Source of the DNA: a virus
Lineage: Duplodnaviria; Caudoviricetes
Direction: 5' to 3' (one strand)
DNA: 24,946 nt
IMG/VR virus record: IMGVR_UViG_3300005326_000343
Coordinates: 1 to 24,946 of that record
Positions within the stretch are counted from its first letter, which is position 1. Each line of letters opens with the position of its first letter. This document shows, in pieces, positions 24,913-24,946 of this stretch. Position numbers and translations under genes: made by a program. The notes beneath the pieces were generated by a model. That model was not told where the DNA came from and made no database searches. It saw only the letters and a list, made by a program, of their open reading frames with translations.

Positions 24913-24946
24913 GAGAATCACATTTAAAATTAAAAGGTGGGGTGGG

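Larger units (their letters stand above)
1..24946 (-). mobile_element. Structural/packaging region of a tailed (Caudoviricetes, siphovirus-like) archaeal virus or provirus, probable Methanobacteriales host
   Basis: Canonical gene order TerS-TerL-portal-MuF-protease-MCP-neck-tube-chaperone-TMP-tail tip; no sheath gene; no integrase or att site in the window, so provirus versus free virus cannot be decided. Confidence 0.93.

Overview
The window is the virion-morphogenesis half of a tailed, HK97-fold, siphovirus-like virus or provirus (no sheath gene seen). The host is most likely a Methanobacterium-like archaeon, judged from GGAG/GGTGA/GTGAT ribosome-binding sites, TATA boxes, oligo-T terminators and a Methanobacterium-type Zn-ribbon membrane gene. 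Read right to left on the minus strand, the order is: frameshifted DNA methyltransferase, holin-like and membrane genes, small Cys-rich genes with two structured-RNA candidates, TerS, TerL, portal, MuF-like head protein, protease/scaffold, decoration protein, encapsulin-like major capsid protein, neck genes, tail tube, tail chaperone with a -1 frameshift, tape measure and tail-tip genes. Two AT-rich plus-strand inserts interrupt this operon. One is a single membrane-protein gene between the chaperone and tape measure. The other is an 8-gene operon (14285-16641) in the head module. By manual alignment it encodes a miniature, catalytically dead prohead-protease homolog and a miniature tail-tube-like protein, plus an AbrB-like regulator. 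This candidate 'virion decoy' operon is the main finding. Other signals are two apparent ATT start codons, nested in-frame starts in the protease gene, a G8 tract splitting the methyltransferase, and a TGTAAA repeat cluster before terS. All family calls come from reading motifs by eye; no database searches were run.
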